From Paragordius varius (Eukaryota; Animalia; Nematomorpha): a DNA stretch of 64,000 nt. Below, in pieces: positions 44,801-58,300 of this stretch (the first letter of the stretch is position 1; the number at the start of each line of letters is the position of its first letter). The stretch lies in the NCBI GenBank assembly GCA_964247055.1, contig OZ176051.1, positions 6,262,001-6,326,000 of the forward strand. The letters are read 5' to 3'. The position numbers and the translations under genes were made by a program. The notes beneath the pieces are model-generated. The model made no database searches. It saw only the letters and a list, made by a program, of their open reading frames with translations, and was not told where the DNA came from.

Positions 44801-47800
44801 CAATGGCTCAATTGATGGCTCATTCTTTGTCTCGTATTGGCGGTATTCACGTTAAAAATATTGAAGCTCGAAGTGCTTGTGTAGTTTGGAAACCGGTAGA
44901 GATTTTGATGGAAGAATCTATGGCGGGTATATCGGTAACGGATATTGATGTACTAACCTTTGACCCTGTGTATAAATTGTATGCCCATCAAATATCAGTA
45001 AAACAACCATCTCACAAGGATGTTGTTATATCATCCATACCTGCTGAATCGACATTAACCAATAACGTTCTTGTGTATTGTGGCCCCTTGTGTGAATATT
45101 TGCTCAAAGATCTCCAACCCGGAACACAATATGAAATATATCTTGAAGCTTTTGCTTGCAATTATCGCGGAGAACGTAGCAAATCCGTTATGTTTAAAAC
45201 TTGCTCAGAATCGCCAGATTGTCCTAGTGCTCCTAGTCTTATTTACCATACAAAAAATAGTTTGACCCTACAATGGGATTCTCTTATGAACGACAATGGG
45301 TCCAACATAATTTATTACACTCTTCAAATGGGTGAAATACATGACACCATAAACAATATAAAAAATACGGTTAATAATAATGCAACTCCTATGGCAAGTT
45401 TAAAATTTAGCACAATTTATCGTGGTGATGAGAAACAGTTTAAAATAAGCAATCTAAAAGGTTCGACTACATATGCCTTTAGATTAAGCGCGACAAATTC
45501 CATAGGTACATCTTCGTTTTCTGATCCAAGAGAATGTTGTTACACTCTTAGCGAAAATGGAACTTTGTTTATGGAGCTTGTTGGAAAACCAAATCCCCTC
45601 ACTTTGATACAAGCCAGCCACGATAGCTTATTATTGGCTTGGGAACATCAATCTGAATTATCAGCCACATCATCATTGTCCATAATTATTCAATGTCAAA
45701 ATGAAACAGTTAACAATAGTGATTTTGTAACCTTGTTTAATGGTCCAGCCTTACGGTTTTGGAATAAGGCTTCCAATGATTATAGATTTAAGATTGGCAG
45801 CGACCAAATTAATGATCATATTTCATATTCCTTTTCCCCCAAGCACACCTATAAATTTCGGGTATGTCCTACGTATAATTCTATCTTTATATCTCAACTT
45901 TATGGATTTAAGGATTCCCTAATATATGTACCTTAAAATAAAAAAAATAAAGTTTATTAAAATAAAAAAATTAATTGAGCATGTATCTGAACAAGCATAA
46001 TATCATAATATAATAATTAATGGTTTAAGAAAATTAATCTTTTTATTCTAAAACTTTGATTTTTTTGTTCCTATTTTTCTTTTTTATGATATGCATATTT
46101 ACTTAGTCATAGTATTATTATATTTTCTTTTTGGTATTCATTTTTTTATTTTTACTGTGACTATTAACCCGGACCATTTGATTTATGAAAGATGTATTAT
46201 TAAAATTTTAGCTAAAAACAATTGATGAGGACGGACAAAGTCTTTGGAGTGATACAGTTTCATACCAGGTAGCTTCTAAACCGATTGAACCGCGGGAAAG
46301 GTTTTGCGTTAAGGAAGTAACACCTACTACTATCCAGTTGTATTGGGGTATGATTTTTTTCAAAAATTAAAAATAAGCGATTAAAATATTAGCAAATAAT
46401 CTTTTTTTCAAATAATGATACCTCTTTTCTTATTTATCATAGAATAAAAATATGGATTTACATAAATTAGTCTTTAAAATAAAAGATTAAACTTCAATAA
46501 GTTATTGAAAGAAGTTTATAACTCTTATCTTTAACGGTTAAAAAGTAGATACACAATAAAATATATTAATTATTCATTTATATTTTATTTATTTAAAAAA
46601 ATTAATTCTCATATATATATATGTATATATATATATATATGTAGACCATTCAAAAGACAGTATTTTGCCCGTTTCATATCAAATTTATATGTGGGACGAA
46701 TCCATCGATCATCAAACGCTAATTTATCAAGGTTATGACAACGAATTTTTAGTTCAAAATCTAAACCCCGGACATCAGTATTGCTTTAAAATTTTATCAA
46801 TTTCTTCGTCTGAAAATGAATCGTGTGATATGGGATCATTAATGGGTGTTTGCACACCCCCTACAGTACCAGAAAGTATGGATGGAAAACTTCGAATCAT
46901 TAATGTGAGACAATTGGATAAAAATGCGACGTTAATAACTACATCCAAAGTTAGTGTTGCCTCTAAAACGGTTTCCTTACCAAACATAAAATATGAAATT
47001 GATCTTGATTGGTCATGCAAAGATATCTTTGATGGTGGTTCACCCATAATCAATTACGTTGTAGAAATGTGCTTAGAACCTGAAAACTTGGCTTCTTCTA
47101 CCCATGATAAGGGCACTTTACGTGTTAAACAAGCTTCATATAAAATTTATGAAGGCCTTGCACCATTTTGCAGCGCTAAGGAGTTAAAACCAAACACCAC
47201 ATATTATTTTCGAGCCTGTGCTATTAATTCCGTAGGACCTGGTCCTTGGTCAAATTGGTTGCATTGTAGTGCTACTACGATTAGTCAAGGTCTCCCCCCA
47301 GCCCCAAAACATTTTACCGTGAAAGTTAAATCACCGCATAGTGTTTCGTTTGGCATTGTGTCACAACAAAATACTACGACGCAAGACAATGATGATACGC
47401 CACCTATTACAAAGTATCGTATAGAAGTTTCGTCAAAGGCAAAAGATTTTACCCTGTTTTGTGAGATTGGTGTAGTTGAGGACGGGAATGGAGAATACAA
47501 GGGATTGAATCATGCTCACACTTATGCATTTAGAGCGTGTGCCGTAAATAAGATTGGATGTGGACCCTTTACTCCAACTGTTACGGTGGAAATGCCTCCA
47601 TATGTGCCTTCACAAATTGCATCTAACTCTATTAGGTGCGTATCTAAAACACCCACTTCGCTTGATTTGGTCTGGGATGTACCATGCGATTCTGGTGGAT
47701 CGCTCATACAAAAGTATGCCATTGAAGTTGAACAAATAATCCAGAATAAAAATCAACAAAACAAGTCTCCTACGACAATGACATACGTTACAGGTATAAA

Positions 47801-50426
47801 TAACATTTATTTAAATTAGGTTTCCAGTTTTTACTCAAAAGTTTAAAAAAAGTTTTTTGAACTTATACTATACTTTAAAATGCTAACTAATTCATTGGTT
47901 TATATATTGATTGGAGGAGATAACTTTTACAAAATCAATTTAAACTATATTGGCTATGTATCACGGAATGTTATGTACAATGTTTTAAGTTACTCCTATT
48001 ATGAAAAAACCCTATTAAATTCTTATTTGTCCTTTTAAAATACAGATAATGCCGAAACCACAACTTACACGGTATCTGGTTTAACACCCTATAACACGTA
48101 TCGAATCCGTATTCAAGCCATAAATGAGATTGGTGTCGGTGCTTTTTCTCATCCCGCTCAAACTTTTTTAACACCCGCTGCCAAACTTTTGGAAGCGCCC
48201 AATTTTGTAGTTTCACAATGTGGTTGTCTTTTATCTACGCAACCTACAACGCTAAAACTTAAATGGGATTTTTCTGCCCACAATAACCATTATTCCGGGA
48301 CAATGACCAATCATGATGTGATTCGTTATGAATTGGAAATGGCAGATTATAGAAAAAAGTTTTTTTTCCTCTCTTTTTTACTGTAACTAATAATTAAGGT
48401 AAAGACGGAACAGCATAAAAAACAACCATGTTTATGAATTTATTTTATAGAAGAGAGTGTTGCTTATTTACATCCTATTTTTTTGCAAACCAAAATAATA
48501 GGTTTTTATAATATAAATATGGTTTTTTAAATATATAAAACTCTTTTACTTTATATTTTGTTTATATAATTCTAACATTAGTGTATTATTACTTGTAAAA
48601 TAATTTTATGGCCATTTTTTAGGTTTCAGAGCATATATTTTGGTGATGGTACATCCTACAAAGTATCAAAACTTGTTGAAAACACGGCATATGATTTTCG
48701 TGTTCGCGCTCATAATGAGAGTGGTTATGGTCCCTATTCGACAAACTTGACTCTCCAGACTGATTGGTCATTTCCCATTATGGTTAAAAGTATAAATTTT
48801 ATTAATTTTACTTTGATTTATATATACTTCTATTGAGTTTATTCTGATTTTAAGTAGAAACTTTGTAAAAAAATTATGATGTATAAATAGTTTTTAATTA
48901 AATACCCAATAGTATATGAACAAATATAAAATGTAATATATTATAAAATATATCGATAATCGCATTCTTAATGTATAAAAGCATTTGTCACACTTTAAAC
49001 ATCTTATGTAAATTATTTACATATAATTAGAATCTAAAGTTAATAATACAAAACAAAATGGATGTCATATATTTTGGCCCTATCCCTCTTCCCCATATCA
49101 AAAGCAATGTCCGGTTGCCTACAATGTAACGCCACATACTACCTGGCAATACATTTTTGAGCTCTACTTATCTAATGGGAGTGATTTAACTTTTAATCCT
49201 AACATTTTATCGTTTGAATCTGGGGTACCTACTATTACTTCTACGGAAGAAAAAATTGATAATTCCTTAACTTTGGTAATTTAGACAGACTTTTATAAGT
49301 GCTTATGTGACGAATTGTTAAATTATTTACTATTATGTCATATTTATTTATACTCTATATTCTTTAAGTATTAAAAATTTCCCAAAAAGTTATGAAGCTT
49401 AGTTTGCTTCTCTGCAATTTTAAAATGGAAAGTTAGGTATATATAATTTTTAAATGAAATCGTTTTTACTTACTTATAATAGGATTGTATATTCTATTAG
49501 GCCTATCGTGGTATCAAACCAGAATGTTTTTTGAAACTTTGTCCGGCCACTGATTACACCTATAAAATTATCGTGTATCGTGAAATATTACAATTAACAA
49601 TTAAACAAAGCGATAGTTTAGACACCTCGAACGTTTTGGAAAACCGTAATATTAGTAGTGAGGCCAATCAGCAAAACACGGAACTTCAGCCTTGCGATAA
49701 TATTCCTTGTCTCAACGACAAAAAATTGTTGGAACCATATTATATGACACTTAAATATTTGAGGGGTCCTTTTTCACCCATATTTTCATTTAAAACTAGT
49801 GGAAAAAATTTGTTATCCAACAATGATGACAATATAAACTCTCATTCAGTATCTGAGAAAAATGATTGTCCAATGTCAAAAGCCACTAATTATAATGGCA
49901 ATAACCCTTTAGCTATAATGTACAATGCCTTGGCTTGTGGGATATGGATTATTGGTTTTTTATTTATGCATTTTTCAATAAATTCGATTTTCTCCAAATT
50001 TTTAAAGGGGGTTAGTTTTCTAAGATTTATTAGCTATATCATAGATTAATACGTTTTTATGAAATAGGTAATAAGAAAACAGATTATGGTTTTATGCTTC
50101 CTCAATTCGTTCGACGCTTTATAACCCATTTTACTGTTACGGGCCGTAAAAATAAAAACGGAGATGAACGACAAGATAATCTTCACCAAAATAAAGCAAA
50201 AACACCGCACCTCTTTAATCGTTTAACAACCACAATATTTTCCTGCCGTAAAAACAAAAATGAAAAAACCAAAAATTTTTTAAGGACTTGTCGCACTACC
50301 TATACTCAAACAACTACTATTAGCGTGAGTGATCAAAATAGGGCATTACTATATTCTTGCATTTTTGTGTGTCTTGCTCTCCTAACTACAACCGTTCTCA
50401 CAATATTTGTTAAATACTTTGATTGA
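41851..50426 (+). CDS. FNDC3: Fibronectin type-III domain-containing protein 3-like (FNDC3 / miles-to-go), 9 exons, about 2246 aa, membrane-anchored C-terminus
   Basis: Exons: 41851-42148, 42332-45861, 46212-46347, 46645-47793, 48046-48358, 48623-48789, 49031-49275 (alternative acceptor at 49040 possible), 49501-50010, 50034-50426 (6741 nt). Long Pro/Asn/Ser-rich N-terminus, then tandem FN3 repeats (LKDLQPGTQYE, LKGSTTYAFRLSATNSIGTS, LKPNTTYYFRACAINSVGPGPWS, LTPYNTYRIRIQAINEIGVG, LVENTAYDFRVRAHNESGYGPYS) and a hydrophobic tail SDQNRALLYSCIFVCLALLTTTVLTIFVKYFD*, which matches FNDC3 architecture. The start codon is inferred. Confidence 0.85.
50011..50033 (+). other. 23-nt GT-AG micro-intron (FNDC3 last intron)
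   Basis: gttagttttctaagatttattag; the best-supported junction I found that joins ORF 49531 in frame to the tail-anchor ORF 50094-50426 without stops (weaker phase-1 donors upstream are not excluded). Confidence 0.7.
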
Positions 50427-52299
50427 AATCTTTTCCAAAATCAATCAATCTATAAATCAATTTTTGATATTTAATAAAAAAAATACAAAAAAACGCGTGG
50501 CCCAATTTTATGTTATTTTATAAGTTGTAATTCATCAGGTATGATGTGAGGTGGAACAATAAAAAATTAAAGTTTTATACTATCTATAATATACACTTAT
50601 ATTGCAAACTCTAACTATTTACTTTTTTTATTATTATTATGTTTAAGGCATAAAATGCAATTTAGTTTAATTTAGCATATACAATTTTTTTAATGTTTTT
50701 TTATAATTTTTTTGTACATACTCTATCTATATACATCAACTTCAAATGTTTATCATTATTTTATTTAAATTATTTAATGTGTTTATGACTCGCATATATG
50801 GAACAAAACAAATCAGAATTAGTATTTAGAAAATTTTATTATAATACCCAGCACGGCATATATTTCATTTAATTTAAATTATAAATGCATCCATCTATTT
50901 AACCCTATTTATTTATCATCAAATACTATGTTGTTTTTTACGTTGCTTTAAACTTTACCCATATTTATTTATTTAAGGTGCATATCTTATCCCCCCACAT
51001 TTATATATTTATATAATATAAAATCATTTAATGTTAAAACGTATAATATTTAATATTTGAATCATAATAGCCCATTTCTATGATTTAAAATTGGGAAAGC
51101 AAACATGATAATTTTATATATATTAAATTATTTAACATCTACCATAATTAATTCATGTTGTAATAATACTTATATATATAGCATATAATTTAATGGGACG
51201 ACGTTTTTAGTACAAAAACATCAATTTTGATTTTTATTAATTACATACTTTTTTTGTACTTTCAATCATTTTTTTATATATAATGGAAAAGGGATTTTTT
51301 ACCTTTTATTATTAGCTTAGCTGTGCTAATCCATAATTTATTTATTAATGGTAAAGAATTTTTTTTTTATTTATAATACAAAATTATATGATTCTATATC
51401 TAAAATTCTATCATTATATAATTTAAAAGGGCGGTATGGATAATATTTTATTTAGTAAAAAATATTTCATCACCTTTGATCTGATTTATTTTAGTATACC
51501 ATTCAAATAATAAATGCATTATTAACCAAATATTTGTAATTACATTAATTTGAAAGAATTTGTCAGATTATAAGGTAAACGCGCTGCATATATTTTACAA
51601 AAAATATATGATTATTTTTATTTGAATAATTGCTAAAAATTATTTATTATTTAAATTTAGATATCCTAATGTATACAAATTTTTTATTTTATGATGGATA
51701 TCGTCTGGAAAAAAGTTAAATAATTTGTAAATTCGGACTCTAAAAAGTTTTTGAATGATAAAAATGTAAAGTAAAATAAAAATTAATAATTATATGCTAA
51801 AAATAAAATAATAGGTAATTATATGGAAATATGGTCCTACACAAAATTTAAGGATCAACTCAATGTGTTTAAGAACCAACTTGAAGTGTTAAAAGACACT
51901 CTAATCCTGCAAATGATATATATACACAATAAAGAAATTCGATAATTGATCATATATGCGATGAGCTTTTATTTGAAAATTTTCAAAATTTTTATAATCA
52001 CATATTTTAACTGATTTTAGTATAACTAAAATTTCAAGCGTTATTAACCAATAGATTATGAACTCTTCGCCATTAGTTGCAGTTCTTAATTAATTTAGAT
52101 ATCGTTTGACACATTTTTTGGCTATATATGTTTTTTAGTATAAGATGATTATAAATTTCTTTCTAAAAACATAATTTTAATTTTGCTAAAAAATATTAAC
52201 ATTCGCTATATTTTGAAATATGAGTATAAAAAATAAGCATTATTTATATTAAATAAAAAGTATTTTTGGCCAAAATATTTGCGATCATACTGTTAATAC

Positions 52300-52303
<4 letters not shown>

Positions 52304-52371
<68 letters not shown>
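52304..52371. repeat. (AT)34 microsatellite in GALK2 3' region
   Basis: 68 bp of uninterrupted alternating AT, ending 18 nt beyond the GALK2 stop codon. Confidence 0.95.
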
Positions 52372-52373
<2 letters not shown>

Positions 52374-52389
52374 AAATAAAAATAATGAG

Positions 52390-55300
52390 CTAATAAGTGA
52401 CATCCGATGCTAAATATATGGAAGCTCCCGTTCCAGGCCCAGTGGGAAATAAAATTGGCGTTTTTGCAAAATTATTGGTAGTTTTTATGCCGTTGTAAAA
52501 ATCTTTTTTCACATTGGTTAAAAAAGGGTCCAATTTTGATTTGGGTACCATACTTACACAACATCCGCCCCAACCTGCACCAGTTAATCTGCTACCTATT
52601 GCACCATGGTTTCTAAGATATTAAAAGATAGATAAATGTATGTATTGTATTTAAGAAGTCTGAATTTCGAAATTAACATTTAGTTTAGGGTTTTTAACAT
52701 TAAAAAACGGTTATGAAGAAACATGGATAGAATTAATAGCGTTAAAGAAATTATGGATTCAAATTTTAAAAATTACTACTATGTCAGAAAATTATTTATA
52801 TACGGAAATTACTTAATAATAATATTTTTTGCGTTTTGTGAGAGAAAATATAAAGTAGAGCCTATTAACTCAATCCACACATAAAACACATACCATTTAC
52901 ACCCTTAACAATTCTAATTCACTCTTGAACAATTTAAATTCTCGAACAATTCAAATTCACACTAAAATAAATTATGTGTTTTTTAAAATTAAAAAATACC
53001 CATATTTTTTTATATTTTTAAAAAAAGAAATTCCGTTTAAAATTAATATAATACTGAAAAAATAATAAACTATGACATAAGAATATATTTCTTATTAATG
53101 ATGATTTTAACGCAAAAAGGTGAATTTAAATTGTAAACGGTAAATTATGATTAATAAAATAGTACTATTTTATTGATTTAGATAAAAAATCCTTTTAAAT
53201 GTGATTCCATTCTTAAATGCTAACAAAAGTTTAAAAATAGGAGAGTGGTGCCTTATAAAAAATATTGTATAAGAAAAACCAATACTAGGTTTACAATCAT
53301 CATTAATCGATATAATCCAACGCTTTGTATTACATATATTATAAAATTTCAAAATAATAACCTACAAATTTGAACCAAATTATTAAGTTGAGGGTGACTG
53401 CAATCGTACAAAAGATCACAACTCTCATGACTTTCATTCATTAATTGACCCAAATAGTTTGCCTCCGTAGTATTTAAAATGTCCCCTTTGTCGCAATTTT
53501 TGGAACAATTATCGTTTTTTTCAGCCAAACTCTGACATTGGCGTTGAAAAGCATGGACACGCATAGTTTCTTTGCAAACATGCATAGCACGATCGTGTAA
53601 ATTGAAAGTTAAATTCTCTACACCTAGAAACAATTTATAAATATTTTAACGGTTTGATTGTAAAATAATGAAATTGGATGTATGTCGTCAATACTATACA
53701 AGGTAAAAAAATGGATATAATTTAAATAGTAAAGAAATTCCTTTATTTATTCATTTTAATAATTAATCACAAAATTTAATTTATATATAAATAGGGCAAT
53801 TGTCTATTGACCATTGTCATACCATAAGATTAAATAAACTTTATTTAACATTTGCAAATTTAAGTATATGTAATGTAAAAGGAGCATAAGTTACGTTTAA
53901 TGATATTTAAGTAAATTGCCAAAAAAATTAAAATTCGTAATAATTCGATTTTTTAAAAGACGCGAAAATTATAATATATCTAGTAATAAATAACGTTTTT
54001 TTTTCAGATCAATAAATGATAAAATTTGGGTTCAAAATTGTAATAATATTTAAAATACCAGGTAGACGTCGGCCACGTAAACAAAGCTCATTAAATTGCG
54101 TCATATCGATTTGCAAAATATCTAGAATTTCATTTAGTGTATATTGATATGGAAACTTTAATATCTTATCTATAGCTTCAATCATTTGTTCCAAACTAAA
54201 GTTTAGCAATTTTTGAGCTTGCGAAATATTGATTATCGTTTTCCATTTGGTGTCGTTGAGAATAGTTTTGCATAAAATCTAACAATAAAATATAAATTCA
54301 GTCAAAATATTTCCATTTGCAAGGTAAAAAAATCCACTAAGTTTATTATTTCTGCATCAAGGAATATTTGAAAACATTAAAATGTAAGAAAAAAATTACA
54401 CAAAGATGTTTTTACAACATGAAAATGTTGTTGTTATAGCTAAGATTGGCGATTCGCTGCTATTTCAGAAGATTTCCCAGATTGTACGATTTGGTGTGAT
54501 GGGTATCAACTGCTCCAATTAGCTTGGTATTTTAAATTATGTTATCATTTTAACGCGTTGTGCACCTACTGCGTTTTGCAGAACATTCAACTTTTCCCGA
54601 CAGGAGCTTATACTAAAGGTGTTTGGCTCTAGTATTATGACCGAAGTAAGAGAGCTTCTCTTAAGGCATAAGCCGGATAGGAATATGTTAGGTTTGATTT
54701 TAAGAATTAAAATGTTTTTAATTATATTTTTGGTCTGAAGCAACTTTCTCCAACAATCCAAACTTTAATATACATATCTTTCATCTCCCGTCTTTACTGA
54801 CCAAGTCGCTGCGGCTTAAAGTATATGATAGTCAGAGATTTTATTAGTCTAATTTTGATTTAAGGTTGATGTCATGAGATGACCGCAGCTTGTTATAATC
54901 TATCATATTCGCTTTGACTTTTGCTATTCTTTCCTGATGTCTAAGGTCCTATTTATCGTGTTGATGATAATACCGCGCTAGATGAATTGTGAATCTGGAG
55001 GAATTCAATCCTCCATGTAAGGTATTATATTGAATTTGTGAATTATCTGCATAATATTTGTTTTATGATATCATTGGTTAAACGAATCGTTTACTTTCGA
55101 TGAATTGTATTAGGAATGTAATGGGGTTATCTAGTGAATTGGATAGAAATATCGTGGCGTATGCGTAATGAAATGACGTATGATATTGTTTTATCGCGAC
55201 TTTTATACAATTTTTCTATGTTACGTGTGATGCTTTCAAAGCATATTTGAAGAGATTCGGTGAAAAGATGCATCCTTGAAGCAATCCGGTGTTTATTGGT

Positions 55301-58300
55301 ACCACTTGTTTGTGCCATGTGGAGTCGATATACTGAAATTTAAATTTAAAAATAAGTTTATTGTTTTTATAATATAATTTAGGATAGTGTGTTCTAGGAG
55401 CATGTCGTGCTTTATGCTATCATAGAAAATATATGCGTTAGAAATGGGGAGTCGGGGAAAGTTGGTTAGGTTTAAATCAATTAAAAAAATAAAATTAAAA
55501 ACACTGAAATTCTTGATAAAATCAGACCAGACATATCCCTGTTTGGCATATGATGTTCTCTTACTTCGACAATCTCATTAAGCCACAAACATGAAGTATC
55601 TGCTCAGTCATGGTTAAAGTTAATTTAGAAAACGCGTTAGATTGATAGCTTAACTAAAGAAACATGGTCATAACAATGCAACAGTTGATACCCATCACAA
55701 CAAAACATACAAGCTGGCGAAATTATACTTATTAAAAAGCAACAAATCAACTTCAATCTAAAGTATATGCCATCAAAGATTTTTTTATCCAAGTTTAAAA
55801 ATTTCAAAATAAACTTTATTATATTATATAAATTTTTAAAAGGGTGTGGGTTGATGAAAAATAAATTTATCATATATATTTCATAAAATGAGATTGTTCA
55901 AAGAATTGGATAGTAGAATCGTGTCATTAGCGTAGTGAAGCGAAGATATTGTGTTGCTGGAAACTTTTATTTCAAATGATTTGTCAATGTTGGGTGTGAT
56001 GTATTCGATGCAGATGTTAAAGAGAATGGGTGAAAGGAGACAACCTTGGCGTAATCATATACACATGAATTTCAGCATAAAGATTTAATTATTATATTTT
56101 AATTAAATCCTTGAATATTCTGATTTGGGATAGTGCGCTCCATCGCTCTCCCTAGACAACCTCATTTTACTCCTAACAAAACATTTTACAACCGAATGTC
56201 AAAAATTCGGTCTAAACAGCTATTATAATAAAGCAAAAATTATGCACATAAACTCACAAATACAATACAATACCTAACCCTTTATGTGAACCCACTGTAG
56301 TACCACAATTCCTTTACCATGGTAGTCTAATCAACACGACTAACGACACAGCACTCCAGACAATAAAAGGATAATGACAATCGACAAAGCAAATAGGATA
56401 AAATACAATAAATTATGGTCATCCCACGATATCAAACTCAAAACCAAGATTAGACTAGTCAAATCTCTGATCTTCCCAAGCATGCTGTACGGTGCAGAGA
56501 GTTGGACAATAAAGAAAGGTGATGTAAGATATATCAGTGCCTTAGAAATGTGGTGCTGGAGAAGCTGCTACAGATAAATTCGAAAGAAAAAATAAAAAAC
56601 AGTCCTCGATAAAATTACACCTGAAACATCCTTATACGGCTTATGCCTTAAAATAAAACTATTTAACTTTGGCCACATGTATCAGATTATATCGGGCAAA
56701 GTTGAAGGCTCAAGAAAACGCAGGAGATGTAAAATGCGGTGGATCGATAAAACTAAAGAAACCAAGCTAACAATGCAACTGCTGATATCCATCACAACAA
56801 ACCGTACCTGGCGAAATAGTAATAAATCAACTTCCATCTAAGCTATATGTCATTGAAAAAAATTTTCAAGTTTAAAAATTAAAAATATATATGCTTAATT
56901 AAAACACTTATATTTAATGGAGAGATAAGGCTTTTTCACAGAATAATTGTTATATCGGTTTTTTTTCTTTAATATATAATTTTAATAAATGTATTTTTGA
57001 TAAAAAGAGTTGAAAATGGTAAACTTTTTGTCGAAAAAAGGGAGATTTGAATGTAAATTAATTTTGTCGTATTGAAGCATAAAATTTATCTTGACAAAAA
57101 ATCAAAATTTTACCTGTGAAGCCAGACAACATTCAAGGACTCGGTGATTAAATTTTATCGTATTTCCCTTATCCATTTCAATCATGCTGTGAGCAATCAC
57201 GAATGCATAATCACTTGGTAAGTTCACCGGTTCAATAACTAATGGATTAAATTTTATGTGCGATGCCTATTTTTTATAAAAAAATTTAAAAATTTACTGA
57301 TTAAAGCTGAGAAACCTTAAAAAATATATATATATATATATGAATCAAATAATTTTAATATTAAAAAATTGAAATTTCTATGAATCGAAAAGTGAGTATG
57401 TTAATATGAAAATAAAATATTTAAAAATAGTAACTTGTATTTTAAGAACTATAAAATATAAACATTTTTTTGGATTTAAAATTTTTTCTTAAAAGTTTTA
57501 TACTTATATAAATTTTTAAACATATTCAGCTAAAATGTATTTAAACTTTATCCATTAAAAAACTAAACCCAATAATTTTTAGAAATTTAATTTACATGAT
57601 CGGTTTGAGCAAGAAAACATATGGCCTGATCCATACAACCTCCTACTGTTCCGATATAACGTTCATTCGAACAACTCAATTCGGCCATTTCAAACTGTAC
57701 TCAAAAAAATTTAATATAAAAATAAATTTATAATTTATTTATTTTATGTCTATAAAATTTAATAAATAATAAACTGAAATTTAAATATAATCTAAAAAAC
57801 TAACAGAATGAAAAAAGAATGTTAATTTTAAATAAGTATAATTAGACCTATAAAACCAAATTATATTACATAAAGAAGCTAAAAAATATATATTTAAAAG
57901 CAAAATAAAAAACATTAAATTCAAGGACAAGACAATTAAATAAGCAAACCATACATATTTATAAAATTATATTTTAAATTATATAATTATAAAATAATTA
58001 ACATTAAAAATTTACCCTATTTAGATTTATATGGTAGGCAAAACAAGTTATTAATGTAGAAGCACAAACTAAAGCACTTGAACTAGATAAACCGGCACAG
58101 GGTGGTAGATTTGAGCTAATTAAAATTTTTATTCCTTAGAATATAAATTGGGAAAAAAGTACCTTTGATAGAATGGTTTGGATAAAATTTTTCAAGGGTT
58201 CCCTTTAAACCGGCTAAAAAATAATCGTTCCATTGTGGTTTATCTGAATTTATAAAAATTTGTTGAAATGTGTCAGATTCCGAATAGATATATTCTGATG

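Noticed and set aside
42596-47739. Several antisense or alternate-frame ORFs within FNDC3 (also 6137-7465 in msn and 58793-58999 in DJ-1)
   Set aside because: Shadow ORFs of GC-richer coding exons with no independent motifs or splice support.
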